From the NCBI GenBank assembly GCA_018825365.1, contig JAHJEV010000003.1, positions 2,284 to 66,283 of the forward strand: DNA of 64,000 bases. Direction: 5' to 3'. Below the pieces are notes generated by a model. The model was not told the DNA's origin, did not search any database, and saw only the letters and a program-made list of their open reading frames with translations. Below are positions 29,375 through 38,931 of this stretch, piece after piece. The translations under genes were made by a program, and so were the position numbers. Numbering within the stretch: position 1 is the first letter of the stretch; the number at the start of each line of letters is the position of its first letter. The stretch is from Patescibacteria group bacterium. Its GTDB lineage: Bacteria > Patescibacteriota > WWE3 > UBA101185 > UBA10185.

Positions 29375-29839
29375 ATGGGAAAATATAGAAGTAAGGAAGG
29401 TGGTTTGACTTTAATAGAGCTTATGATTGTGGTTTTAGTGCTTGGTGTTTTAAGTGGTATTTCTATTTCAGTGGTCAACCGGGGCCAGCAGCAGGGTCGC
29501 GCAAAAGATGCTGTAAATCTTTCTAGTTTAACAAAAGCGGCCTCAGCAATCGAGTCTTACTATTATGGGGAAGGCAACTACCCGGTAATTACTGCCGCCG
29601 ACAACGGCAATCCGCTACTCAACTCCACCAATATTTCTTTAGATGTATATCTTAAAACCTGGCCGGATGGGTTTTTCTATCTTTATGATTCAGCGTCAGG
29701 CACCTTTGCCGTGTATGTAAAAAGGAATGTAGATGGTAACTTTTACAAATATATTTCTACGGATACCGTAATAAAGTTATGCAATAAGAGTAATTCACAG
29801 ACCACTACAGTTGTTAGTGCTTGTACAGTGATCCCGTAA
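29375..29839 (+). CDS. Prepilin-type pilin
   Basis: GLTLIELMIVVLVLGVLSG. Confidence 0.75.
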   Translation: MGKYRSKEGGLTLIELMIVVLVLGVLSGISISVVNRGQQQGRAKDAVNLSSLTKAASAIESYYYGEGNYPVITAADNGNPLLNSTNISLDVYLKTWPDGFFYLYDSASGTFAVYVKRNVDGNFYKYISTDTVIKLCNKSNSQTTTVVSACTVIP

Positions 29840-29855
29840 TAAGGATAATAAAATT

Positions 29856-30416
29856 ATGAAAAGAAAAAAGGAAACTATTCAGGAAGGTTTCACACTTATT
29901 GAGCTTATGCTTGTGGTACTGATAATTGGTGTTTTAAGCGGGTTGATGCTTGGAGTCATAAATATTCCTGGTATTCAATCTAAGTCTAGGGATGCCAGAC
30001 GTATCGGGGAGTTAAAGAGAATTCAAACGGCTCTTGAGCTTTACTTTGCTGACTTTAGAGGATATCCGTCAAAAACAGCATGGCAAGATTTGAGTGTTGC
30101 CGGAAATTCCGTATCTTCTGCAATCAGTCCGATCTATATTAACAAGGTTCCCGAGGATCCAAAAAAAGGTAGTAACGCGTCTGCGGGAGTGTCTTGTTTT
30201 AACGGCAAAACCGCATATGGCTACTACTATATAACTAACAGTTGTGTCGGATCAGGGTGTTTATCAGGTAAGTATGTTTTGGGAGCTATTATGGAAGTAT
30301 CTGGCAGCGCAACTAATTATTTGTGTTCTAATCTAGGAAACTGTACTGGAGCCACCCCGGCTATAACTTGCGCATGCGGCGGAGCATATTGTTATGGTGT
30401 TGAAAATCCCCTCTAA
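29856..30416 (+). CDS. Prepilin-type pilin (GspG-like N-terminus)
   Basis: GFTLIELMLVVLIIGVLSG...KSRDARRIGELKRIQTALELY. Confidence 0.8.
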   Translation: MKRKKETIQEGFTLIELMLVVLIIGVLSGLMLGVINIPGIQSKSRDARRIGELKRIQTALELYFADFRGYPSKTAWQDLSVAGNSVSSAISPIYINKVPEDPKKGSNASAGVSCFNGKTAYGYYYITNSCVGSGCLSGKYVLGAIMEVSGSATNYLCSNLGNCTGATPAITCACGGAYCYGVENPL

Positions 30417-30912
30417 AAAGTTATTACGCTTTTCAAACCAAGGTGGATTTACTCTTGTTGAACTTCTTGCAACCTCAACCATTGCTTTGATTCTTCTTGC
30501 TCTTGCAATTGTCTATTTTAATCCTGCCGAAAGAATCAAAAGAGCACGGGATGGCAAAAGACTTTCTGATATTTCAAAAATTGATCGGGCGATAAGTGAG
30601 TTTATGCTTGACAAAAAATACTATCCCGACACGCAAGGGGTACTAAGATTAAGCACTGCCCTTCCGGAAGGAAGCACCTCTTTAAACAAATCAAACAAAG
30701 GGTGGATTTTTGATAACTTATCTTCCTACATACCCATGCTCCCGACAGACCCTTTAAATGACGAGACGTATCACTATTCATATATTCGGGGAAGTGACGG
30801 TTATGAATTAGACGCAAAACTTGAGTTAATGACAGATGAGATGCTAAATGATGGCGGTAATGACAACTTAATGTATGAGGTAGGCAGTAACCTAAATCTA
30901 ATCTCGCCATAG
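30394..30912 (+). CDS. Prepilin-type pilin
   Basis: GGFTLVELLATSTIALILLALA. The start is uncertain and overlaps the previous gene. Confidence 0.7.
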   Translation: MVLKIPSKKLLRFSNQGGFTLVELLATSTIALILLALAIVYFNPAERIKRARDGKRLSDISKIDRAISEFMLDKKYYPDTQGVLRLSTALPEGSTSLNKSNKGWIFDNLSSYIPMLPTDPLNDETYHYSYIRGSDGYELDAKLELMTDEMLNDGGNDNLMYEVGSNLNLISP

Positions 30913-30935
30913 CTTTTGTGATAATATAAATTCAT

Positions 30936-31475
30936 ATGAGTCTGCCCAAAAAAACCATATTTTCCGCAGGTTTTACTCTTCTTGAGCTTATGATAGTTGT
31001 TACCATTATTGGTATTATATCCGCAGGTCTTATCCCTGCTTTTTCCAATTACATCAGAAGTCAGAATTTAAAACAAGCACAGGAACAATTGAAAAGCGAT
31101 ATGAGGACTGTTCAAAACAAAGCTTTGACCGGAGCCTTGTCAGATCAACTGCTGGGAAGTACATATATAAAATACTGGGGAATTAAATTTTTCAAAGGAC
31201 AGTCTACTTATGATTATTTTGTTTCCATATCCTCCGCAGCCTGCCCTGCCGGTCCGCCCTATGCAGCAGGGGTTTATCAGGGAAAGGGTTCTTTTGGGTC
31301 TGATTTAAAAATTCAAAATGCTTCGACGTGTGTGTTTTTTGATATAGCAAATGGAGATGTAGTCAGCAGTTTACTATCAGGCGGCTCCGGCTTCGCTTCG
31401 GTTGGGTATTCAGCCACAGAGCTGAAGAAAGTGTTTTTTAATAGTTATGGTCTAATTTATTCCACAAATGAATAG
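30936..31475 (+). CDS. Prepilin-type minor pilin
   Basis: AGFTLLELMIVVTIIGIISAG. Confidence 0.75.
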   Translation: MSLPKKTIFSAGFTLLELMIVVTIIGIISAGLIPAFSNYIRSQNLKQAQEQLKSDMRTVQNKALTGALSDQLLGSTYIKYWGIKFFKGQSTYDYFVSISSAACPAGPPYAAGVYQGKGSFGSDLKIQNASTCVFFDIANGDVVSSLLSGGSGFASVGYSATELKKVFFNSYGLIYSTNE

Positions 31476-31956
31476 AAAAGTACTAAAAAAATACAAACAC
31501 ATGTATAAAAATACAAAGGAAAAAGGGATAGCTTTAGTTGAGGTTATTGCAGCCTTGGGAATTGCCGTTATTGTCATAACATCATTGGTTTCTCTTTCCA
31601 TATCCACGATGAGATCATCCTTAAAAAGCAAGCTCCTTTTGGAGGGTTCAAAGATTGCAAACAGGGAAATTGAGCTTGTCAGAGCCTTTAGGGATAATAG
31701 CGCAACTTGGGAAGACCCGGGGTTTTTATCCATATTAAGCTGTACATCCAGTCCTTGTTATATGAAAGTTGATGGTTCGGGAATTGCCTCAGGCAGTGCC
31801 GTGGACGGAAGCGGAACCGAAGCAATAACCCGTTATTTTACCGTCACAAACAGCGCTGATATTGTGAGGGTTTCCGTATCGGTTACCTGGAAAGTTGGTA
31901 ATGACACACATGGCGCATACGTTAAAACCGATTTATCCAATTGGCGGGGAAGATGA
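31468..31956 (+). CDS. Prepilin-like minor pilin (PilV-like)
   Basis: KGIALVEVIAALGIAVIVITSLV. Start uncertain. Confidence 0.6.
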   Translation: MNRKVLKKYKHMYKNTKEKGIALVEVIAALGIAVIVITSLVSLSISTMRSSLKSKLLLEGSKIANREIELVRAFRDNSATWEDPGFLSILSCTSSPCYMKVDGSGIASGSAVDGSGTEAITRYFTVTNSADIVRVSVSVTWKVGNDTHGAYVKTDLSNWRGR

Positions 31957-31957
31957 T

Positions 31958-32512
31958 ATGAGAAGAGGGCCTATAAAAAAAATCAAAAATAATATTCAGA
32001 AGGGATTTACGCTTATTGAGCTTATGCTTGTGGTCGTTTTAATTGCAGTGTCTGTGGGTGTTACAAACGATATTTTAATGTCACTGGTAAGAAGCAATAA
32101 CAAAACACAAGTTATGACTGAAATTGAGCAACAATCCAATTTTGTTTCATCAAAGATAGAAAGAGAGCTTAGAAACGCCAGGAGCGTAACAACACCCCTT
32201 GCCGGGGCTTTTGGTTCCTCACTTGTTTTTGAGACTAAAGATGGAACCACTATTGAGTACAATGTTGACACTACCTCCGGTCTTATAAAAAGAAAAGTAA
32301 ATACCGGGACGTTAACGAATATAACTTCCAATAATAATCCCGGAGGAGTGGTGGCGACCTGCGGATCCCCCTCTTGTTTCTCGGTTTCCGGGTTCAATCC
32401 TCAAATTGTGAATGTAAGCATAAAGTTTTCCCAGGCACAACCGGGTGCAGGCAGTTCTTACTCCGGTCAAACAACGATTCAAAGTACTGTTGTGGTGAGA
32501 AATACTTATTAA
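31958..32512 (+). CDS. Prepilin-type minor pilin
   Basis: KGFTLIELMLVVVLIAV. Start taken at the ATG at 31958. Confidence 0.7.
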   Translation: MRRGPIKKIKNNIQKGFTLIELMLVVVLIAVSVGVTNDILMSLVRSNNKTQVMTEIEQQSNFVSSKIERELRNARSVTTPLAGAFGSSLVFETKDGTTIEYNVDTTSGLIKRKVNTGTLTNITSNNNPGGVVATCGSPSCFSVSGFNPQIVNVSIKFSQAQPGAGSSYSGQTTIQSTVVVRNTY

Positions 32513-32529
32513 CTTAAATAATTAACCCA

Positions 32530-33342
32530 ATGAAATTTAAAATGATAAAAGAGAAAGGCCAGACGCTTCTGATAATAGTCCTACTTAGCTTTCTTGCCTT
32601 GTCTGTTGGGATTGTTGTTTCAAATAGATTTATAAAAACGCTGAGGGATGTTTCAGAATCTGATAATTCTTCAAGGGCAAGAGCAGTAGCTGAGGCCTTG
32701 GTAGAAAGACTATTGATTGTTTCAAACGCTACTTTAGGAGATTACATTAATTTTGGCAGTTGTGGGACGGCATGTTCCTTGGAAATTAACGGGTTCCTTG
32801 GACAAGTTGTAAGAGCAGACGCAACCCTTTCTTTTGCGGGGGCAAGTGCAGATCCTTTTGAAATAGCAGGAAAAAACGGCGAGGTTTCCCAAATTACGCT
32901 GGTTAGTTACGCGACAAATAGCTCGTTAGATGTTTGTTGGAGCGGGGGGGCATCTGTATACGCTTCATATATTTATGATCAAAGCGGTGTTATAGCGGCC
33001 GATATTTACGCTTACAACCCGGTTGGATATACCGGCTACATAAATAATTTTTCGGATGCCATATCCTCACACGGCTACCCGAATTGTTTTACTGTTTCAA
33101 CTCCATACACCCCAAAGGTATTAAGAATAAGACCTATTAATGCAGATGCTACTATAATTATTGTCCCATCCGGCGGGCACTCACTACCCAGCCAGGGAGT
33201 TTTGATAACCTCAATTGGCAGGGCTGGAGACGCTGTCAAGACCGTAAAAGTCTTAAAATCAAGTGCCTCTGCCCCGGAATATATGGATTTTGTAATTTAC
33301 CAGAAATCAACCACGGATCCGTTGTCTAACAGGCCGAACTAA
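32530..33342 (+). CDS. PilX-like protein (second copy)
   Basis: EKGQTLLIIVLLSFLALSVG...SSRARAVAEALVERLL. Confidence 0.55.
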   Translation: MKFKMIKEKGQTLLIIVLLSFLALSVGIVVSNRFIKTLRDVSESDNSSRARAVAEALVERLLIVSNATLGDYINFGSCGTACSLEINGFLGQVVRADATLSFAGASADPFEIAGKNGEVSQITLVSYATNSSLDVCWSGGASVYASYIYDQSGVIAADIYAYNPVGYTGYINNFSDAISSHGYPNCFTVSTPYTPKVLRIRPINADATIIIVPSGGHSLPSQGVLITSIGRAGDAVKTVKVLKSSASAPEYMDFVIYQKSTTDPLSNRPN

Positions 33343-33356
33343 TGTAAAATTCTGTT

Positions 33357-34388
33357 ATGCCCATAATAGGATTGAATATAGGAAAAAGAAGTTTCAGGGC
33401 TGTTGAGCTTGACTTCAAAAAGGACAAAATAATCCTAAACAATTTTGGTAATTATTCCAACCCCAAAGTTTCAATGGATCCAAACTCTCAGGATGACTTA
33501 GATATGGTGTCACAATCCTTAGAGCAGTTTTTTTCAGAAGTTGGTTTCAGTTCTTCGGATATAATCACAAGTGTCAATGAAACTAATGTTTTCATGAGAA
33601 TTATTAAACTTCCGGCAATGAACGATAAGGAACTTAAAAGTTCTATTAAGTTTGAAGCAGAACAGTATATTCCCCTACCCTTAGATCAGGTGAATGTTTC
33701 GTATCAAAAACTCGAACAGGACTTTTCTGATAAAGGAAAAATGAGTGTTCAAATTGTTGCTGCAAGAAAAGACATTGTTGAAAAATATGTTGAAATACTG
33801 AGAAAAGCAAAGTTAACCCCAAAGGCTATCGAACCTGAAACAATAGCTTTAGGAAGAGTTTTGGGAGATACGAAAGAAAACCCCTCGGGTACTATGATTT
33901 TGGAGATGGGATATTCAAATTCTCTGATTGTTGTTTGCTACGGGGGATTTGTGAGATTCACAAGGGCAATCCCAATCGGAGGGGATGTTATTACAAAGAC
34001 GATCATGCAGTCGCTTTCTTTGGATTATGAACAGGCTGAGGAATATAAAAAAGTCTATGGTTTGGATGATTTTCAGGGAGAAGGGAAAGTTGCAGCTGTG
34101 ATAAAGCCGGTTATTGATAATCTAATTTTGGAAGTTCAAAGGGCTGCTGTTTTCTTCACAAATCACAATCCTTCTGCTAGTATTAAACGAGTAGTATTAA
34201 GTGGAGGAACTGCCCTAATGCCAAACTTATTATCTTATGTTGCTAACAAACTTGATCTTGAGGTCATGTTGGCAAATCCCCTAAACAATATTGAGATATC
34301 TCCAAAATTGGAAAAGCAAAAACAGACTATTATTGATGAGGCACCGCTGTACTCATCCGTAATTGGTTTGGCTTTGAGGAAAATATAA
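33357..34388 (+). CDS. pilM: Type IV pilus assembly protein PilM (actin-like ATPase fold)
   Basis: 343 aa with a PilM-like N-terminus (IGLNIGKRSFRAVEL), followed by pilN and pilO. Confidence 0.8.
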   Translation: MPIIGLNIGKRSFRAVELDFKKDKIILNNFGNYSNPKVSMDPNSQDDLDMVSQSLEQFFSEVGFSSSDIITSVNETNVFMRIIKLPAMNDKELKSSIKFEAEQYIPLPLDQVNVSYQKLEQDFSDKGKMSVQIVAARKDIVEKYVEILRKAKLTPKAIEPETIALGRVLGDTKENPSGTMILEMGYSNSLIVVCYGGFVRFTRAIPIGGDVITKTIMQSLSLDYEQAEEYKKVYGLDDFQGEGKVAAVIKPVIDNLILEVQRAAVFFTNHNPSASIKRVVLSGGTALMPNLLSYVANKLDLEVMLANPLNNIEISPKLEKQKQTIIDEAPLYSSVIGLALRKI

Positions 34389-34967
34389 ATGGCCGGAGAT
34401 ATAAATTTAATACCACAATCTGAGGTAGTTGAGCAGATAAAAACTAAGGCTGTAAAAACAAGCACCCTCGTGGCTTTAATCTTTCTGGGTGTTGTAGTTT
34501 TGATTTGTACCTACCTTTTTATAGTCACCGGTAGTATAAAAAAACAAATCTCTGCCGCTGATAGTGCGATTGCGTCCCTAAGAGGCAGAATAAATGAGTT
34601 ATCTTTAGTTGAAATTTCCGCAAGAAATCTTGATAAGAAATACAAAGTTCTGAATACTCTTTTTGCTCAAAGACCAAAGTACTCCGCCTTGTTGGAAGAA
34701 CTCAACATAAGAAAGTCCAAGCAGATAACAATTGATAGTTTAGATTTAAAGATTGGATCTATGAACATCTCCGGATCTGCTGGAAACTATATCGCAATTG
34801 CTGGATTTGTTAATAACCTGCTAGATAAGACTTTTGAGGGTGGAAACGCCAAACTAAAGGAGGTTTTCACAACCGTTTCTCTAAACTCAGTAAGCCTCGA
34901 AAAATCCACTAACGAAGTTAGATTTTTTATTGTAGTTAATTACAACGATAGTTTACTTAAACAATGA
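34389..34967 (+). CDS. pilN: PilN
   Basis: Short cytoplasmic N-terminus (INLIP), a single transmembrane segment and a periplasmic coiled coil. Confidence 0.7.
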   Translation: MAGDINLIPQSEVVEQIKTKAVKTSTLVALIFLGVVVLICTYLFIVTGSIKKQISAADSAIASLRGRINELSLVEISARNLDKKYKVLNTLFAQRPKYSALLEELNIRKSKQITIDSLDLKIGSMNISGSAGNYIAIAGFVNNLLDKTFEGGNAKLKEVFTTVSLNSVSLEKSTNEVRFFIVVNYNDSLLKQ

Positions 34968-35746
34968 AATCAGGAGAAAACAAAAAACCAGGTTTAAATA
35001 TTGACACATCCAAGATAAAGGGGATTTTAATAAACTTCGTAGTTTCTCTTGTTGCGTCCGGTCTGTCACTGCTTTTGATAATACTAATTGGTTACCCGTA
35101 TTTTAAGAATCTTTCCCATATCAAAGAGGATTTAAGACAAAAAGAGCAATTAAAAAGAGTCCTGAATGATAAAATCGTTATTTTAAACAGACTTGTTGAT
35201 TTCAAAAGCGTAGTTGACGAAGATTCCAATCTTGTTAATCAGGTATTGGTCAACGAGGCAGAGGTCCCAAGACTTTTGGACGAGGTAAATCAGATCGCCA
35301 CCAATTCCGGCATGGATGTTACAAGGTTAAGCTACTCCTACGGGGGAGCCGAAACCCCAGATGTTAGCGAGGGTAAGCAGGTTTCTTATAGTACTGTATC
35401 AATTGCTTTAGGGACCGATTCGAGTTTTGAACAGTTAGTTGTATTTATGAAAGCAATTGAAAATGCCGCGAGGTTCGCAAGTGTTCCAAACTTTAGATAC
35501 GCTGCCACAACAACAATCGAGGGGGAAAGTAAACTTGGGGGCAGCTTTTCAATAGAATCCCCATTTTTACTTGTTAAATCAACAGCAGTAACTGACGAAC
35601 CAGTGGATCTTGATATTTCCAGTCAAAATTTTGTTGACTTCATAAACATGATCAAAGGTTTGAAATTCTATGAGTTTCTAAATCCGAATATTGAGGTTGT
35701 GAAAACAGAAACTCCAACGGAAGAAGTAACCACGCCACAAGAGTAA
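34964..35746 (+). CDS. pilO: PilO-like
   Basis: Transmembrane segment plus coiled coil plus a C-terminal domain, overlapping the pilN stop. Confidence 0.6.
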   Translation: MKSGENKKPGLNIDTSKIKGILINFVVSLVASGLSLLLIILIGYPYFKNLSHIKEDLRQKEQLKRVLNDKIVILNRLVDFKSVVDEDSNLVNQVLVNEAEVPRLLDEVNQIATNSGMDVTRLSYSYGGAETPDVSEGKQVSYSTVSIALGTDSSFEQLVVFMKAIENAARFASVPNFRYAATTTIEGESKLGGSFSIESPFLLVKSTAVTDEPVDLDISSQNFVDFINMIKGLKFYEFLNPNIEVVKTETPTEEVTTPQE

Positions 35747-35748
35747 GA

Positions 35749-36456
35749 TTATTTTTCGATTCTTTTTGAATTATCTTTTCTCCACCTATCTATTTCTTTA
35801 TGATTTCCGTTTAATAGTACTGGCGGGACTTTCACACCCATGAAATTTTCAGGTCTTGTATACTGGGGATATTCGGGAGTCCCCTCATTTTCCTCGGAGA
35901 AAGACTCAATTTTAGCAGCATCTTTCTTTTCCAAGACACCGGGCAAAATTCTGGTTATACTTTCCATAATACTTAAAGAAGGAAGCTCGCCCCCGCTTAG
36001 AACAAAATCTCCGATTGAAATAACATCGGTTGCCAGATTTTCTTCTACTCTGCCGTCAATTCCTTCGTATCTGCCGCAAATAAGGGTAATTTGGGCGCAT
36101 TTTGAGAGTTTTCTGGCCGTTTCTTGGTCGTAAGTCTTTCCTCTTGGGGATAAAACTACAATTTTATGATCTTTTGGAAGAGATTGTTTCTCAGGATTAG
36201 AAAGTTGTTTTTCTATAACGGCTTTACCGTATATTTCACAAAGTGCGTTGTATATCGGTTCGACCGACAAAACCATTCCCACTCCCCCTCCGTACGTTTC
36301 ATCATCAACCGAGCCGTAATTATTAACTGAGAACTCTTTTAAATCCCAAAGCTTGTATTGGGATAGTTTTTTCTCAACGGCCTTTTTAAAAGGTAAATTG
36401 TTCAGATGTTCTGTAAAAAGTTGGGGAAAGACTGTAATAATATCAAATTTGATCAT
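35749..36456 (-). CDS. trmD: tRNA (guanine37-N1)-methyltransferase
   Basis: IDIITVFPQLF...GGGVGMVL are TrmD SPOUT motifs. Confidence 0.9.
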   Translation of the reverse strand: MIKFDIITVFPQLFTEHLNNLPFKKAVEKKLSQYKLWDLKEFSVNNYGSVDDETYGGGVGMVLSVEPIYNALCEIYGKAVIEKQLSNPEKQSLPKDHKIVVLSPRGKTYDQETARKLSKCAQITLICGRYEGIDGRVEENLATDVISIGDFVLSGGELPSLSIMESITRILPGVLEKKDAAKIESFSEENEGTPEYPQYTRPENFMGVKVPPVLLNGNHKEIDRWRKDNSKRIEK

Positions 36457-36700
36457 TTTGTAATGAGTTGCTCTCTTCTAATATCACTGAGATTCTAACG
36501 TCATCTTTTATTGCCTTTGCTTTGGCCATGTTTTTGATGCTTTTTATGGTTCTTCCTTCTTTTCCGATCAAAAGTCCCATGTCTTCTTCTGCCGCGCGGA
36601 TTTTGTATATGAATATGCCACCCTCTTTACCTTCGTCAATTTCGATGGACTCTGGTTTTGTGACTATTTCTTTGATTATATATTCAAGAAATTCTTTCAT
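36443..36700 (-). CDS. KH-domain RNA-binding protein (YlqC-like)
   Basis: LIGKEGRTIKSI is the GxxG KH motif. It sits in the conserved rpsP-KH-trmD position. Confidence 0.8.
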   Translation of the reverse strand: MKEFLEYIIKEIVTKPESIEIDEGKEGGIFIYKIRAAEEDMGLLIGKEGRTIKSIKNMAKAKAIKDDVRISVILEESNSLQNDQI

Positions 36701-37104
36701 TTTTCCTCTTTGGGTGCTTCTTCTTGTGGTTCTTTTTCTGTCTTTTCTTTAATTTCTTCCTTTTTTTCCTCTACTTTTTCCTCAAATTTTGACTCCAATG
36801 CCGGTGTTTCGGCCTTTTCTCCGCCTTGCGCCTTTTTTGTCACCTGTTTTGGTGTGTATTTTAAGTATTCGTACTTCCCGTCGATTAGTTTTTGAACTGA
36901 CTTTGTGACTAAAGCTCCATTTTTAACCCATTTTTCAAATTTTTCTTTGTCGTATTTAAATTCCTGTGGGGTTACCGAAGGATTAAAATGTCCTATTAGA
37001 TCAACAAATCTCCCATTCCTTTTATCACGGGTATTACTTACGACTACCTTATAAGCCGGTAAATTTTTTCTTCCTATTCTTGCTAATCTAATTGTGACTG
37101 ACAT
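36697..37104 (-). CDS. rpsP: 30S ribosomal protein S16 with K/E-rich C-terminal extension
   Basis: MSVTIRLARIGRKNLPAYKVVVSNTRDKRNGRFVDLIGHFNP. Confidence 0.9.
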   Translation of the reverse strand: MSVTIRLARIGRKNLPAYKVVVSNTRDKRNGRFVDLIGHFNPSVTPQEFKYDKEKFEKWVKNGALVTKSVQKLIDGKYEYLKYTPKQVTKKAQGGEKAETPALESKFEEKVEEKKEEIKEKTEKEPQEEAPKEEK

Positions 37105-37154
37105 GGCTGGTTGATTTTAGCAGAAGGGGTTTACCCTGTCCACCCCCTGCTTTT

Positions 37155-37892
37155 TTAACTTTGAGAATGAATTTTTTCTAATGCTCTTTCGGCGGCGTCT
37201 TGCTCTGCCTTTTGTTTGCTTTTTCCCTCACCAAGACCCCACTGCTCTTCTCCAAGATAAACTCCGACCTTAAAGCTCTTTTCATGATCGGGCCCCCAGG
37301 AATCTATGATTTTGTATATTGGTGTTACGCCTGTTCTTTCTTGGGCTTCCTCTTGAAATAATGATTTTGCATCTTTGTACTCTTGATTTTTTACAACCTG
37401 ATCTATTTTGTACATTAATTCCCTGTTGACAAATTCCCTGCAAACATTCAGTCCCCGATCTAAGTATAAAGCTCCAAGAACAGCTTCAAAAGTGTTGGCT
37501 AAGATATATTCCCTTTGCCTACCTCCTGTTGTTTCCTCACCATTTGACAGGAAAAGCATGTCTCCATACCCAAGTCTTTCTGCTTCCGCACCAATCGAAG
37601 GCGTACAAACAACCGAGGATCTAAAATTTGTCAAATCTCCTTCCGGAGATTTCAAATAGTGGTTATATAGAAACTCTGATGATAAAAGCTGTAACACGGA
37701 ATCCCCAAGAAATTCCAATCTTTCATTTGATTCGTTTTTGTATTCCGGATGTTCGTTTAAATAAGATCTGTGTGTGAATGCAGTTTTAAATAGTTCCTCA
37801 CTCGTAAGTTTAGTTTGTAGTATTTCTTCTATTTTTTTAAGGTTAAAAGGCATTTTTTCACTGGGATAAAGGCGAAGGATTCTGTGGGTCAA
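37155..37892 (-). CDS. rnc: Ribonuclease III
   Basis: ERLEFLGDSVL signature and a C-terminal dsRBD. Confidence 0.9.
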   Translation of the reverse strand: MTHRILRLYPSEKMPFNLKKIEEILQTKLTSEELFKTAFTHRSYLNEHPEYKNESNERLEFLGDSVLQLLSSEFLYNHYLKSPEGDLTNFRSSVVCTPSIGAEAERLGYGDMLFLSNGEETTGGRQREYILANTFEAVLGALYLDRGLNVCREFVNRELMYKIDQVVKNQEYKDAKSLFQEEAQERTGVTPIYKIIDSWGPDHEKSFKVGVYLGEEQWGLGEGKSKQKAEQDAAERALEKIHSQS

Positions 37893-37924
37893 AGAACGCT
37901 TCGGCTTTCTCTCAGCCCAATTTA

Positions 37925-38158
37925 TTACTCTATGTGCTCCTCCAATGCGTCTATAACGTCCTGAACGGTTGCAAAGTTATTTATATCATCAACAAGGTTA
38001 ACATGGAAAGATTCTTCAATTTCTGAGAGAATCTCGATTAATTCCATCTCTCCGATGTTTAAATCATCTTCAAAATAGGCCTCTTCGGATATTTCCGAAG
38101 GCTCAAGTCCGGTTCTTTCTGATATTATTTTTTTTATTTTCGAAAAGTAATCTGTCAT
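37925..38158 (-). CDS. Acyl carrier protein homolog lacking the phosphopantetheine-attachment serine
   Basis: Aligns along its length with AcpP (IKKIISERTGL...FEDDLNIGEMELIEIL...). At the DSL position it has GEM, so Ser is replaced by Glu. Confidence 0.7.
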   Translation of the reverse strand: MTDYFSKIKKIISERTGLEPSEISEEAYFEDDLNIGEMELIEILSEIEESFHVNLVDDINNFATVQDVIDALEEHIE

Positions 38159-38613
38159 TTTTCCTCCGTTTTTATAGTGTCGGCCTCTTCCGGCATGTAT
38201 TTTTCAACGACCGCTCCCAAAACCCCGTTTATGAATTTGTGAGAGGTGTCGTTGCCAAATTCTTTGGCAATCTCAACCGCTTCGTCTATCGCCACTTTCA
38301 CCGGTGTCTTTTTGCCAAATAGCGTTTCAAATATGGCAATTCTGAGTATTACTAAATCAATTTTGGCTATTTTGTCAATAGGCCACTCCGGTGCGCACTC
38401 CTCTATTATTCTGTCTATTTCTGAAGAATGGGTTTTTACACCATCGACAATAAATTTCGTAAGCTCGTTATCATACTCAATTCCCTCAGATTCAAGTATT
38501 TCCTTTGATGTTGCGACGCATTCCTCAAGATTAGGTTCGGCAAACTGCCATGAAAATATTGAAGATAATGCAAGTTTGCGGGATGTGTGTCTTGGATCAG
38601 TATCGGATTTCAT
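38155..38613 (-). CDS. nusB: Transcription antitermination factor NusB
   Basis: RHTSRKLALSSIF...IDLVILRIAIFE are NusB family motifs. Confidence 0.85.
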   Translation of the reverse strand: MKSDTDPRHTSRKLALSSIFSWQFAEPNLEECVATSKEILESEGIEYDNELTKFIVDGVKTHSSEIDRIIEECAPEWPIDKIAKIDLVILRIAIFETLFGKKTPVKVAIDEAVEIAKEFGNDTSHKFINGVLGAVVEKYMPEEADTIKTEEK

Positions 38614-38634
38614 TTTGTTTATGCCTTTTTTGGC

Positions 38635-38781
38635 TTATATTTCAATGTATTCCTCTACATGAGGTCTTTTATAACCCTTTTTATCCTTAGTTTTTATTAC
38701 CGATACTATCTCTCTATGGTAGTGAGTGTTTCTTTTCCTCCTTACGCGGCCTTTAGATGATCTTCTTTTTGGAACTGCCAT
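38635..38781 (-). CDS. rpmF: 50S ribosomal protein L32 (48 aa; below the ORF-track cutoff)
   Basis: The minus-strand ORF MAVPKRRSSKGRVRRKRNTHYHREIVSVIKTKDKKGYKRPHVEEYIEI begins with MAVPKRR, the L32 hallmark. Confidence 0.8.
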   Translation of the reverse strand: MAVPKRRSSKGRVRRKRNTHYHREIVSVIKTKDKKGYKRPHVEEYIEI

Positions 38782-38931
38782 AAGTTTCTTTATTCTACCA
38801 ACTATTTATATGGAGTGGAATATACAAGTGAGCGGGGGTGGTGTCAATTGTAAGATGGATATAGGAAAAAATCTGCCGGCGTATCCTGATGATAACATAC
38901 CGGCAGATGTGCTACGTAGTGGCTTGGTTAG

